Assembly: GCA_951406725.2 (NCBI GenBank)
Contig: OX597814.1
Location: 128,836,001-128,900,000, forward strand
Reading direction: 5' to 3'
DNA from: Octopus vulgaris
Taxonomy: Eukaryota
Length of the DNA stretch: 64,000 nucleotides
Shown here: positions 49,228 to 62,396 of the stretch, in pieces
Numbering within the stretch: the stretch's first letter is position 1
Layout of the letters: each line of letters begins with the position of its first letter
The notes under the pieces: generated by a model
The model's input: the letters and a program-made list of their open reading frames with translations, nothing else
Databases searched by the model: none
What the model was told of the DNA's origin: nothing
Made by a program: the position numbers and the translations under genes

Positions 49228-49336
49228 GACACTCTTTTTGTTATTTCGATATAGTTGTGTGGTAGAGTTCAGTCCCATGCATGGCTCCTTGGGCAAGTGT
49301 CTTCTTCTATAGTCATTTTCTAAAAAACATGACTAT

Positions 49337-49740
49337 GGCGCAGGAGTGGCTGTGTGGTAAGTAGCTTGCTTACCAACCACATGGTTCCGTGTTCAGTCCC
49401 ACTGCGTGGCACCTTGGGCAAGTGTCTTCTACTATAGCCTCGGGCCAACCAAAGCATTGTGAGTGGATTTGGTAGGCGGAAACTGAAAAAAGCCCGTCAT
49501 ATATATGAATATATATATGTACGTGTATGTATATGTTTGTTTGTCTGTGTTTGTCCCCCCAACATTGCTTGACAACCGATGCTGGTGTGTTTATATCCCC
49601 GTAACTTAGCGGTTTGGCAAAAGAGACCGATGGAATAAGTACTAGGCTTACAAAGAATAAATCCTGGGGTCGATTTGCTTGACTAAAGGCAGTGCTCCAG
49701 TATGGCCGCAGTCAAATGACAAACAAGTAAAAGAGGGTAA
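49337..49740 (+). mobile_element. SINE family A, full length (preceded by a partial head at about 49250-49312)
   Basis: Family A sequence. Confidence 0.9.
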
Positions 49741-52106
49741 ATTAACAAAATATAAATAAAATGTATTCATGTTTCACCCTTTTGTTACCATTTTCCTGTT
49801 GAAATGCATTGCTTTTGTTTCAATTAATTTAGATAATGATGAAGAATTTGGTAAAATAACTATTTGGTAAAATAATTATTAAGCTGATATCAGATTTTGC
49901 TGGAAGGTTTGTTTTACTTTGAAACATGAAGTTTGTGTCATAGACTCAAGGGTAGGTTCAGGTGGGTTGGTATTAAAATGGTTAAAGCAGTAATATGATG
50001 GCTAAAATGAATGGGCATGAGAAAATCTCTCTCTCATACATACATACATACACTCACATCCACATTAAATTTATTTTCTACAGACACAAGCTTGTTTCCC
50101 TAGTCCTCACAGAAGTGAAATAACTGTTGTGATGCCTTTGTCAGTAAAGCAAACACAGGAGCTTGTGATGGAAATTACTTCCTACATGCAAATCAGGGAA
50201 ATATAGAAATTAGCACTGGAAAATAATGAAAAGAGCCAAAATTAAGTCTTTTACTTGTAAAAATACAGAAAGAGCTGAAGTTAATATTAAGAAATAATTT
50301 TAAATCACCCTACAGCAATGAGTATTATATTAATATGTTGCAAATATATTTTTTTCCATGCAAGTGATCTTAGCTCAATAGAGAATAAATTCATAAACTG
50401 AAAAATGTGACCTACAGTGATAATGAAATTACACAAGAAAAAAGTCTTGTCATGCATGCACACACACACACAAAGAGAAATATATACACATTAAATATAT
50501 TTCATCTGTTTAAGTTTTGTATTTTACTGCTTCTGTATATGAACAGTAATTTCTTAGTTTCCTCTTTATGCTGTCCACTAACGACAGTATCACACCAGTT
50601 ATTTTATTTCAGTTCTAGAAATTCAAACTTGTTTTTAGAGTTACATATACTTATATATACTCACACATACATACTGTGATATACATATAACATTTTATTT
50701 TCTAGTGTCCTTTCATTTTCATTATCCTATTTCATTATTTTTATTGCTCTAAACATGAATTCATTTCATACTTATTGAGCTCTTTGATGAAATATTTTTG
50801 CATGTAAAAAGTATTTTCATTATAATTGCAAGATATTTTTTTGTTACTTTAATACTATTATTCACCAAATGTGATATAAAACAATAATTAAACCTTGTTT
50901 TTCTCATATATTGAAAATAGATTAAAGATGATGCTTGGCAACATGCCAGTAATAACTTAAACAAAAATATTTGATATCCCCCGCCTTAGTCACTATGGTC
51001 ATTTAGAACTATATTTCCTCTTAGTATTAACTATTATACTTTCTTGCCATGTCCAAATTTGTCCTATCTGAGTTGAAAAACTAATTAAAATTCTTCTTTG
51101 TACTCAGTCCCTGTGTTGTTTATCCTACCACCTTGTCCTGGAATATTTATTCCTGTTAGCTTTGAACTGCAGTTATTAAACACTACTAAACTTAGTGGTC
51201 CCATCAGAAAGTGTTTGAAATCACAAAAACTGCCTAGTTGATGGCTGATGAAGAGAAGTATTTTGTATCTTATTTTATTATCCTGTTCTGTGATGTTTTT
51301 GTTTACACTTGTCTTTTTCTATTTCCTTCTTTCATTCCTCTTTCCCCTGTCTTCACATTTTTCTGAAAAATCCTATCTTCTTTGCTCCATAAATTTTAGA
51401 AGTCTTTATCTGGTTTTAACTTCTGTATGTTATTCAGTGCACATGTTTTGCATATATCTCTTACCATTAATGTGCACAACCTCCTAGTTTCACAATATTA
51501 GCTTATCATTTAGTTAGCCACAGAAAAGACATTGTTATCCAATATTTTGGATGAAGTTCTTCTTCAAAAGGCGAGTGGTGTAAGTAAGAGTACTTGGAAC
51601 TGGCACTGGGTCACTATCAGTCTAGGCAGCTTACTTGTACATATTAGCATCAACTGATTTGCTGATGACTATTCTATAGAGAAAATATTAAAAAAAGAGT
51701 ATCCATACTGATCTGGCACAATTGTTACTGACAGACAAAATGCCTTCTAAGTTCATTTGTTACCAAAGTCAACTTTGATTTCCTCCTTCAAAGATGAATA
51801 TAATGAAAGTTTCAGCTAAAAACTGAAATATATCTAATCACAAATTTTAAGACTTTGAATTTGACAACATTAATATCTCTGCATTCTTGTTTTTCACTGC
51901 TTTAAATCATAAGTATTTTCATTTATTGTTTTATATGAAATCTTGTGAAATAGTAATAGTGCTTAAGAAAATTATTACATTGCATGTATGGAAGTAAAGG
52001 AGTGAAAATCAAAGGAAAGCAAGAACAATGGTTTACACTTATAATGGAAGGCAAGGTTTTCGATATTGGGAGAATATCGCCTTCTCCCATTATATCTTGT
52101 TCTTTG

Positions 52107-52515
52107 TGTAGTTCAGGCTCCGGCAGGCGAAGAAAGAAGTCTTTAAGTACAAATGCAATTTACAACCGGTTTATTTACAAGTTTCCCAGAACAGGTGAAG
52201 TGCTTTACTCTCAGCCACCATCTCGAGCTGCGTGTGTGGTGTTGTATCTCCATTAGTGCAGGTACATTGCCTCTGAAGGTACAACATGCAGACAGGCCCA
52301 GCCAATGAAGTGTGCTCAGCAAGCACTGCTGCGTAGAAGCAGAGAGAGAAAATGAATCTGTTTCTGTTTTGCCTTTATATACAGTTTGCCATTGAGAGCC
52401 TGGTGATCTCGCACATGGCAAATAGATGCAGGTAAGGTCTCGCTCCAGTCTCGGAGATGGCAATGGCTGCCACGAGATTTCATCCAATATGGCGCTGACT
52501 GCTTGTGCCGCTACA
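52107..52515 (-). mobile_element. Probable solo LTR
   Basis: GC-rich island bounded by TGTAG...CTACA. Minus-strand TATA-like ATATAAAGG (about 52375) and AATAAA (about 52172). No clear TSD. Confidence 0.5.
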
Positions 52516-53909
52516 CACTTTACTTTGTATTTTAATATTTTGAGTTTAAAATCCCTTTATTAAGAAAAAGGATTAGTTAGTTCATCCTTCATTTTGTAAT
52601 TCCTTATTTTCAAGCTTGTATTTTAGGTCTTCTCAACCCTTTTACTGTTGAAATCAGATATACCCATTCAAAATTTCATTACCTTTATCTACAGAAAGCA
52701 GTTTTGAACACCAATCTATCTTTTGTTGAGGAATGTCATGTTTGGAGGTATTTTTTGAGACATGTCAAGTTTATTGATGCAATGTAACTTACAGAAAACA
52801 TCAATTCTATTTTTTTTTCTTTTGTTGATATTTTGCATCATTATTGGAATAACCATGAAATTTAATTTCACTGTTAAAGGGTTAAAGACGATTAAATATT
52901 TTTTGCTTTGTAAAATTCTTTCTCAAGTCTATCAAGATCTTTTTACGTTTGTTTTTAAATTGTGTGCATGTATGTTTTGAAATCTGATAATGTGTGTGAT
53001 TGTGTGTGTGAGCATGTTGTTTAAAAATTAGAAAACGTTGTATCCTTTTAAATAGAAAACACTAAAACAGTTTTAAGTCTTTACTGTACCAAAAATTTTT
53101 ATAGCTTTTGAATCTCCTTCTGAGAAATCTCAAGTGGAAACAAAAGTGAAAATAAATCAAATGTTAAGAATAATTTTATACAAACATTTTAACTAAACAA
53201 ACTAGAGAACATAAACAGATAAACCATTTTTTAAACAAGGTCGAAGAGTACGTTTGAGGAAATAAACTGTATCAGCTTGAGAATGATACAAGTGTGTGAC
53301 AAAAATCATGGCTGCTTATAAACTGCTGACAGTTGTTAACCTGAATCTACTGGTAGAATTACTTATAAACTCTCTGACTCAAAGAAATAACACACTAAAA
53401 TGTGTAAATTTAGAAACATAATTTTACTATAATCTTACCAATATGCCGTTTTTATGTCTTCATATAAAGACATTAAAACAACTATGTATGTGAATCTGTA
53501 CACATGTATATATAAGTATGTATAAGGCTATGTATATACACTTATATGTATAAATATCTAAGAACATATTTATACATGTCTCAAGGTTCATATACTTCCA
53601 CCAATAAATGTTGCACTGATCACAAACGATTGTAAAAATGGTGTTATAATTTTATCGGACACTGTCAAACAGGACCAGATTATCACAGGAAAAGTTTATA
53701 GCTGAAAGCTGTCAGTTTAAAATTATTAAGGTTGATAACAATGATTTATAGCCTTTCCCAGTTTCAAGGTGAAGAAAATAAACACCTTTGTGTATCTTGA
53801 ATTAAGTGACCAGAAGCTGTATTGTATTGTAGGAATCTTGTAGATTATGGCCTTAAAGCATCGTTTTGCTACTCACTCATCATAAGTATGTGTTTAATTA
53901 TAATTAACA

Positions 53910-54319
53910 GGCGCAGGAATGTGGTAAGTAGCTTGCTTACCAACCACATGGTTCCGGGTTCAGTCCCACTGTGTGGCACTTTGGGCAAGTGTCTTCTACG
54001 ATAGCCTCGAGCCAACCAAAGCCTTGTGAGTGGATTTGGTAGACGGAAACTGAAAGAAGCCTGCCATATATATATATATGTATGTGTGTGTGTGTGTCTA
54101 TGTTTGTGTGTCTGTGTTTGTCCCCCCCCCCCCCAACATCACTTGACAACTGATGCTGGTGTGTTTACATCCCCCGTAACTTAGCGGTTCAGCAAAAGAG
54201 ACTGATAGAATAAGTACTAGGCTTACAAAGAATAAGTCCCGGGGCTGATTTGGTCAACTAAAGGTGGTGCTCCAGCATGGCCACAGTAAAATGGCTGAAA
54301 CAAGTAAAAGAGTAAAGAG
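53910..54319 (+). mobile_element. SINE family A (small deletion in the A box)
   Basis: Family A sequence. Confidence 0.88.
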
Positions 54320-55439
54320 GCTCCTTTGTCACTATCAGATCTCAAATAATAGAGATTTGATAGTGACAAAGGAGCCTGTTAGTTGGTCATTCGACTTACA
54401 AGAAGTAGGAGTTTGGTCTTTCTTTGACTCACACACTGCCATCTGTAGCAAACGACAGAATGGTCACAGTTAGAATACTTTTGAATATAGGTCTACTCTA
54501 TCGGAACTGATGTGAGGCTTAAAGATGAGTAACAACAAACATTTCATCAGAAGATGACTTTGGAAAATAATTTTAAATACTTAACTAGGCTCTTTTCTTT
54601 TTGAAAAGGATAAGAGTATAACATAGCTGTTTACTCTCTTTACTCTTTTATTTGTTTCAAATCGACCCCAGGACTTATTCTATGAAAGCCTAGTACTTAT
54701 TCTATTGGTCTCTTTTGCTGAACCGCTAAGTTACAGGGACGTAAACACGTTTAACACTTCAATATTTTGGACTCTAGTCTTTCATCTAAAAAAAGCTGAA
54801 GAAAAATAAGACAGTAGGAAAATTGGGTTGGAGAAAAAAAAATGGGTGTTAGGGGCCAGTTGGGAAAATGGTTCTACTGGGGAAAGTAGGAACAGAGAGG
54901 GTGCAGGTGTGTGTCCATGTATTAAGATTATCATAGGGGGACGCATGTGTATTTTTAGGTAGGGTGTAAAGATGTACAAGTGTGGAAGTGTAGTGGCATG
55001 GGATAATGGGGATGCTGGAGGTTCTATTTTTGGGGTTTATATAAAAAAAATAAGGAAATAAATCATTTCCCTTAATGAGTTTACAAGTAATTAGAAATAA
55101 TTTATCATCAAAAACAAGGGAAAACAAACAAAAAATCCAAATAGAAGTAAAATTTTCTGACTTTAATCTTGTGATTCAGATGAAAATTTGATAAAAGATT
55201 GGCAGATAAGACAGAGGAACATAGTCATAGTCGTTTTAGATTATTTATACTGTAGACCAATATTATTAGTAAAGCAGTGTAAATGTCTTAAAGTATTAAT
55301 TCAAAATTACGGCTGGCAAATATGTGGATATGTGTGAGAGAGGGAGTGACAGACAGATAGATATATAATCATACATAGAAGTAAATGTTTTAGTGTATGT
55401 GATATACTCGTGATTGACTGGATATTAATATAAGCCTGT

Positions 55440-55880
55440 GGCAACAAGAACAGGACAGTCACTTCATGAAGGCTTTATGGAGGTCCTCCAAAATGAAGAT
55501 GTCCAGGATACTTGTCACAGCCTCCTTCACTTACTTCTTCAACTTGGGGAACAACCAAAAGTCACAGGGCTAGGTATGGACTGTAGGGAGTGTAAGGGAC
55601 AGCTTTGATGCCCATCTCTGTCAAGTAGTTAGTTATCAGGATGGCATTGTGAATCGGTGCATTATTTTGGTGCAGGCGCCTTCAACCTGAGTGGAAGTGA
55701 TATGGCCATTTGCAATGAAATGTCTTCCTGAACTCTCTCAAAATCTCCAGAAAGTACTCTTTGTTGACCATCTGGGCAGAGGGAACCCAATGGATGTAGA
55801 TAATACCCTTGCTATCAGAAAAAGGGGTCATCATGTGTTTTCTAGTGGACCTGCTTTGCCTGGCTTCTTGTACCAGTGAA
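55440..55880 (-). pseudogene. Tc1/mariner transposase remnant
   Basis: Minus-strand peptides HWVP..VNKEY, HQNNAPIH, PYSP.LA, DFWLFPKLK (mariner HDNA.H / YSPDLAP.D motifs). Confidence 0.75.
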
Positions 55881-56439
55881 AAATAGATGCTCAGCTTAAA
55901 GTTAACCTAAAAGCATTTCATAAGCTTTTGTAGCATGTCTGTCCAGTTTAACACAAACCTTAATTGCATAGCAAGCTTCTGAATAATCTTCATGTCCCAA
56001 CTACATTCTGAAAAACTAGTCAGCTGTGACAAGCAGTATGTAGTAGGATACGTTCAAAGTACTGTTACAACTGTCTTCTTCAATCTGTAATAACAAAAGT
56101 TGACATTTCAGCTAATTAGATGTATAGTAATAATATACTAAATTTACAATAATCTGGAATAGTTATAAATCCCTCTCCTAAGAATCTCAAAACTTCTGGA
56201 ATACATCTCATACAATATGATGATATATAGAACAGGCATGGCCATGTGGTTAAGTTCTCTTCACAACCATATTTTAGTTTCAGTCTCACAGCATGATACC
56301 TCAGGTAAAATCTCTATTATAGCCCCAAACCAAACAAAGCTTTGTAAGTAAATTTAGTTCATGGAAATGAGTATGTGTGTATGTTATAATATTAAAATAA
56401 GCATTTATCAAAGTACTTTCAAATAGTATTTAAATGTAG

Positions 56440-56610
56440 GGCGTAGGAGTGGCTGTGTGGTAAATAGCTTGTTTACAAATCACACAGTTCCGGGTTCAGC
56501 CCCACTGCGTGGCATCTTGGGCAAATGTCTTCTACTATAGTCTCGGGTCGACCAAAGCCTAGTGAGTAGATTTGGTAGACGGAAACTGAAAGAAGCCCAT
56601 CATATATATG

Positions 56611-56641
<31 letters not shown>

Positions 56642-56861
56642 GTGTGTATATATTTGTGTGTCTGTGTTTGTCCCCCAACATCGCTTGACAACTGATGCTG
56701 GTGTGTTTATGTCACTATAACTTAGCGGTTCAGCAAAAGAGACCGATAGAATAAGTACTAGGCTTACAAAGAATAAGTCCTGGGGTCGATTTGCTCGACT
56801 AAAGACAGTGCTCCAGCATGGCCACAGAAAAATTACTGAAACAAGTAAGAGTAAAAGAGTA
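56440..56861 (+). mobile_element. SINE family A, full length
   Basis: Family A sequence. Confidence 0.9.
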
Positions 56862-57795
56862 CCTTCAGCATATTTAAATAGTGTCAAATTTATTTTTAAA
56901 GAGTCTGACAAAGCCATGATTGGCAAAGCATAAAGTTGCTGTGATCCTTTTCATTATACAAATGTATATGTACGTGAACCTACAAATAGGCATGTATGTG
57001 TATGAACAGATACATAGTTACATATGTATAGATAAACCAGTAGATGTGTGGGTGATGAATTGCGGGTATGCAATGAATTTCATGAATATTCATATGATTA
57101 CACATAAATGAGTACTTAAGCTCTCTAGAGAATGACGTAAGATAATTCCTCTGATATAAAACATACAAATAGATGTTATCTGTATAACTTGAAGACATAG
57201 CTAAACTTGGCCTTCATCGTTTCGTTCATGTAAACACTGTCAGATTATGAATGGGATTTTGTGAGTTTCACTGAAACATCTGTAGTACTTGAAGCAAAGC
57301 ATAACACCCTGCAGAGGTGTGTCAATGTTAGGAGGAGGAGGAGGTGTTATGAAGGAGAATAGTATAATTTTTTTTCAAAACTGAAAATGCCATTTTAGCA
57401 TATAGTTGAAATGCAGTAACTCTGCTAATCAGTTGGGTGGAACAACAGCTGGCAAAATTGAAAAGTTTAAAGGCATATATATGTGCATGAGCATATATAT
57501 ATTCTTTATAGCTGAAACTTTTATAGAAATGCATAAGGACAAAAATCTTAATATGAGATTTAGTACTTTGAGAAAGTAGCATGTTTGGGATTTTGGATTT
57601 ATGGTAATTTTAATTATTCTTGGCATGTCTCTCTTGAGATGTGAATATTGGTATTTTGAACATCATTTCGGTGCTAAAAGGCAAGGCTAGAGATAGGGTG
57701 GTAGTGGTGCAAAGTTCAGTGCATACACAGTGATATAGATAGGAATTATCAGATATTGTTGAATGTTATTAGTTACACTGCAGCCTGAGTTAGAA

Positions 57796-58088
57796 CAGGG
57801 GATCCCAGCGTGGGTCCACATGGATCCCCGGGGGTCCAAAGAAGCTTTAAGGGGGTCTACGAGTAAAATAATTATTTGTGGGTTCACATATAAATTTTGT
57901 TCATTAGGAGAGGTACCTGTATTTATTGTAATTTATGTTATGAATATAATGAAATTGTTTCATTGTTAGTTTTTACTAACCTACAAACAAATATTTTATT
58001 TCAAAAATGTACATGTACTTATATGGGTTCACAGATGATAAAATAGCTCTCAGGAGATCCACAAGTAAAATAAGGTTGGGAACCCCTC
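57796..58088. mobile_element. hAT-type MITE
   Basis: TIRs CAGGGGATCCCA / TGGGAACCCCT. AGTTAGAA is repeated at 57788-57795 and 58091-58098. Confidence 0.55.
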
Positions 58089-58488
58089 CGAGTTAGAATG
58101 TACCCATAAAATACCATAAATGAAATCCCATAAAGTCTTCTTGGTGAAAAGATGTGGTCACATCTGCCACAGCTTTGAGATTCCATGAATTATTAGTCAG
58201 CTACATAGATGTTAACCTTCAAATTCACAAGGCTAATTGTTATTCTCAAAAAAAAAAAGAAAAACCTATCTTAAACTTCACAGTCTAGTGCTGGTCTGTT
58301 CCAATATAAATCATAAAAATTTTTCAGATATTGATAAGTTTGTATTTCATGATAGATGAGAATTCTAAAGTTTCCAATAGATAATTATTTCAGAGAGTAA
58401 AAGAAATAAAAATGTTTTCTGATGGTAATGAATAGATATTTTTAGAAAACATTCATTCAACATTATTTTTTTCTGAAGATAATTTCTC

Positions 58489-58677
58489 TCTTTCAGTTTC
58501 TGTCTACCAAATCCACTCTCAAGGTTTTGGTTGGCCTGAGTCTATAGTAGAAGACACTTGCCCAAGGTGCCATGCAATGGGACTGAACCTAGAACTGTGG
58601 TTGGGAAGCAATGGGACTGAACCTGGAACCCTGTAGTTGGGAAGCAAGCTTCTTACCACACAGCCATGGCTGCGCCT
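58489..58677 (-). mobile_element. SINE family A 5' half with an internal tandem duplication of the B-box region
   Basis: GCAATGGGACTGAACCT..GTTGGGAA occurs twice. Confidence 0.8.
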
Positions 58678-59538
58678 GTTAACAAATAAAACATTATATG
58701 AAACAAAACCACCAAAACTAGAAATTTGTAAACAAATGCTACACTTAACAGAATTAGGACAGTCATGCAATGACAGTGTATGGTATAATAAATATATATA
58801 AAAACAAAACCACGATAAGTCAAGAACTCCTAAGCAAGCTGAATCATTTGAAAACTAGGATTTCAATGAACGATGACTTTGAACCTTTTATATCTTGGTT
58901 TCTCAGAGATCTGAGTCAACAAGCACATTAAACATATACATCCATCATCACCTGCTTAACAGATATCCTTATGATTTCAGCATATGAACTGGCGATGTCA
59001 ACTTCAGTTCTTCTACTGTTTTTAGGTTTAAGGTATATCCTCATGTGGCATCTATTGTATATCCCCTATAACAGGGGTCCCCTAACCTTTGGACTGTGGA
59101 TCATTTAGCACCAGGTTGCACGGAAAGGAAAAAATTTTTTATTTTATTTCTGTTTTATTGACTATCACAATCTGCTGGGTGTTTTTGCATTATATATGTA
59201 CTAGCTGACTACGTTCCATCAATAATGACAGCTAATTGTAGTATCTTATATATAAATAAGGTACATACTAATCACACATACAAATATTCTCATACTCCCC
59301 TTGTACATGCATACACATACTCACAGAGTTGAAACGCTGATTTTTTTTTCATTCCTTTCCTTATTCATATTACACCCCTTCCTTTCTTTCATTGCTATTA
59401 CTTTCTCTCACTCCCTGTCAGTCAGGACTATTACTCTCACTACTTCGCCTTCACTGAATTACTATTTTCTCTCCGCCTCCACATCCGGCGTGATTCTGGA
59501 CAAAAATAAATATGTATGTATATATATATATATATATA

Positions 59539-59622
59539 TTTAATTATAACATATATTAATACAATATGTATCTCGTATATAATCTAATATAATAACAAGC
59601 GTAGTGGTTTTATATATTTGTA

Positions 59623-59668
<46 letters not shown>

Positions 59669-59752
59669 TACAAATATATAAAACCACTACGCTTGTTATT
59701 ATATTAGATTATATACGAGATACATATTGTATTAATATATGTTATAATTAAA
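59539..59752. repeat. Perfect spacerless 214-bp palindrome centred on (TG)n(TA)n(CA)n
   Basis: Arms match as exact reverse complements around 59645/59646. Confidence 0.9.
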
Positions 59753-60206
59753 ATACATAATAAGCACTTTGTTTTATGCACATGGAAAATTGTCTTGCTT
59801 GAAACTGATCTATGGTGCAAAAATGGTGGTGACTGCAGTTCTATAGCACAACTAAGAGTTGGTTATTGCCAAGAGGACAATGCTGGGAATTAGATATAAG
59901 CTATTAGTCCACTAACCTTCTGGGGCCATGGAATAGTTGTTTAATGAATCTCAGCAAAATAACTTAATATTAATAAATGAAATTATCAATTTTGATATTA
60001 ATGAGTGTATAGAATATTGTATGTGTTGTTTGTGTGTACAAATAAATATGAATATAACACTCATTACATATATTGTTCCTGTAGTTGAAGCTAGGGTTTT
60101 GATCAATTGTTACTATGTCCCATCTCTTGCACATTACATCAGTTGTCTTGAGAAATGAGAGCAGTGGGGGTAGGGAAGAAGAATAGCTTTAAATAGATAG
60201 TCTATA

Positions 60207-60423
60207 TACTCTTTTACTTGTTTCAGTTATTTGACTGTGGCCATGCTGGAGCACCGCTTTTAGTCGAGCAAATTGACCCCAGGACTTATTCTTTGTAAGC
60301 CTAGTACATACTCTATCGGTCTCTTTTGCTGAACCACTAAGTTACGGGTACATAAACACACCAGCATCGGTTGTCAAGCGATTTTGGGGGGACAAACACA
60401 GACGCACAAACATATACACACAC

Positions 60424-60465
<42 letters not shown>

Positions 60466-60623
60466 GACTGGCTTCTTTCAGTTTCCATCTACCAAATCCA
60501 CTCACAAGGCTTTGGTCAGCTTGAGGCTATAATAGAAGACACTTACCCAAGGTGCCATGCAGTGGGATTGAACCCAGAACCATGTGGTTCGTAAGCAAGT
60601 TAGTTACCACACAGCCACTCCTA
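60207..60623 (-). mobile_element. SINE family A, full length
   Basis: Reverse complement of family A. Confidence 0.9.
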
Positions 60624-61245
60624 CTTTATCTACCTATCTTTATAAAGAAGTGCTGATCTCTAATTGTAGAGGGAACCTGTGGAAGGGTTAGAGCCAAGAT
60701 GTCGGATGAAGTGGTGAGAAAGGATCTGGCGCCACTGTTTTGATGAATTTCCCATTCTTTTATTAGATCTCATAGAAATGAGATAAAGCAACAAAATTAT
60801 GAAGAAGTAAATCTTAATTTGGTAATTAAAATATATTTCTTACACTTTCCACCATCTTTTTTCCCATTCCTTCTTGATCTTTTTATTTAAATTTTCACTT
60901 TGTTTATACCCCTTCTTTTCCCCACTTTTTTCAACTCTTCCCATCTGTCTGAGTCAATAGTCAATCAGTGTTTGAGAGACACTCTCAGATGCATTGATTT
61001 CTTCAACAAGCTAGAAAAGTCTGTGAAGACTATCAGACTTTGGCCACCCTAACCATATTCCTGTTCATAGATTTTATAGACTAGTGAGTTATAAAAGAAA
61101 TTTCATTACTTTCCATCCTTTTTACTCATTGTCTCTTTCTCTCAGTATTTTACAATGTTTTAATCCAATGCCTTTCTTTGTGGGACCATGGAATATTTGT
61201 TTAAGGAATCTCAGCAAAATAACTTAATATTAATAAATGAAAATT

Positions 61246-61745
61246 CGATGACTGGCACCTGTGCCAGTGCAGCGCTAAGAACACCATCCGAGTGTGATCA
61301 TTGCCAGAACAGCTGACTGGCCTCTGTGCCAGTGGCACGTAAAAATGCTGGTGGCATGTGAAAAAGCATTCAAGCGAGGTCATTGCCAGTGCCACTGGAC
61401 TAGCTCCTGTGCAGGTGGCATGCAAAAAACACCAATTGAGTGCATGGCGCCTTTGGCAAATGTTTTCTACTATAGAGTGGATTTGGTAGACAAAAACTTA
61501 AAGAAACCCGTCATGTATATATGTATATATATCTGTGTGTGTGTGTCCCCCTATTACCACTTGACAACCAGTGTTGGTGTGTTTACATCCCTGTAACTTA
61601 GTGGCTTGGCAAAAGAGGCCAATAGAATAAGTACTAGACTTAAGAAATAAGTCCAAGGATTGATTTGCTTGAGTAAAAAAAATCCCCCTCAAAGCAGTGC
61701 TCCAGCATGGTCACAGTCAAATGACTGAAGCAAGAAATAAAGTAT
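61246..61745 (+). mobile_element. SINE family C fragment joined to a diverged family A 3' portion
   Basis: GGTGGCATGTGAAAAAGCA repeats, then core and tail of family A. Confidence 0.6.
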
Positions 61746-61891
61746 AAATATGTATTGAAGGAAAACAAAAAGAAAATGGAGAGTGTGTAGATGTACTTAC
61801 TAATTTATTTGTATGTTACAAAAAGATGACTTCTTTTTATAAAAAAAGAACAGTACAAATTGTTTGGAAGTTAAAAAGCTCAAAGAAAGAA

Positions 61892-62011
61892 GAACCTACA
61901 TATATGTTTCAGTCATGTCTTCTAGTTGATGGGCATTGCCAAGCATTTTTGCTTAATGCCAAGAAAGTTGCCACATTCTAACTATATTATAGTAGGACTT
62001 CGTCAGGGTTC
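61892..62011 (-). ncRNA. Intact type I hammerhead ribozyme with extended helix II
   Basis: Minus strand: GAACC-CUGACGA-AGUC[81 nt]GACU-GAAA-CAUAUAUG-UA-GGUUC. All core nucleotides canonical; GUA triplet. Confidence 0.75.
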
Positions 62012-62330
62012 ACATTTAGCTCATGCAACTTCGGTAATCATTTTACCGTTGACTTTCGCATTATATGATACACATTAAACCAGTGGAATACCTTGGATTA
62101 CATAATCCCTAATGAGGATATGACTTCCTCAAATTAACTATATATATATATATAATTTTCATTCTAACTGTTGGTAAAGTTAAGAATGGGAAACCAAAAA
62201 AATAGAAAAAAAATATATTATATAGTAATTATTTTATTTACCTAATAGATGACTATTTCCAATAATACAACTGTCATTATTAAGACCTTTACTTACACTA
62301 ATATTAACATTGGAAAAAGTAAAAGGAAGC

Positions 62331-62396
<66 letters not shown>

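Noticed and set aside
51659-51695. CTGATGA-CTAT..ATAG-AGAAA hammerhead-like string
   Set aside because: No helix I can form, and the match is plausible by chance in AT-rich DNA.
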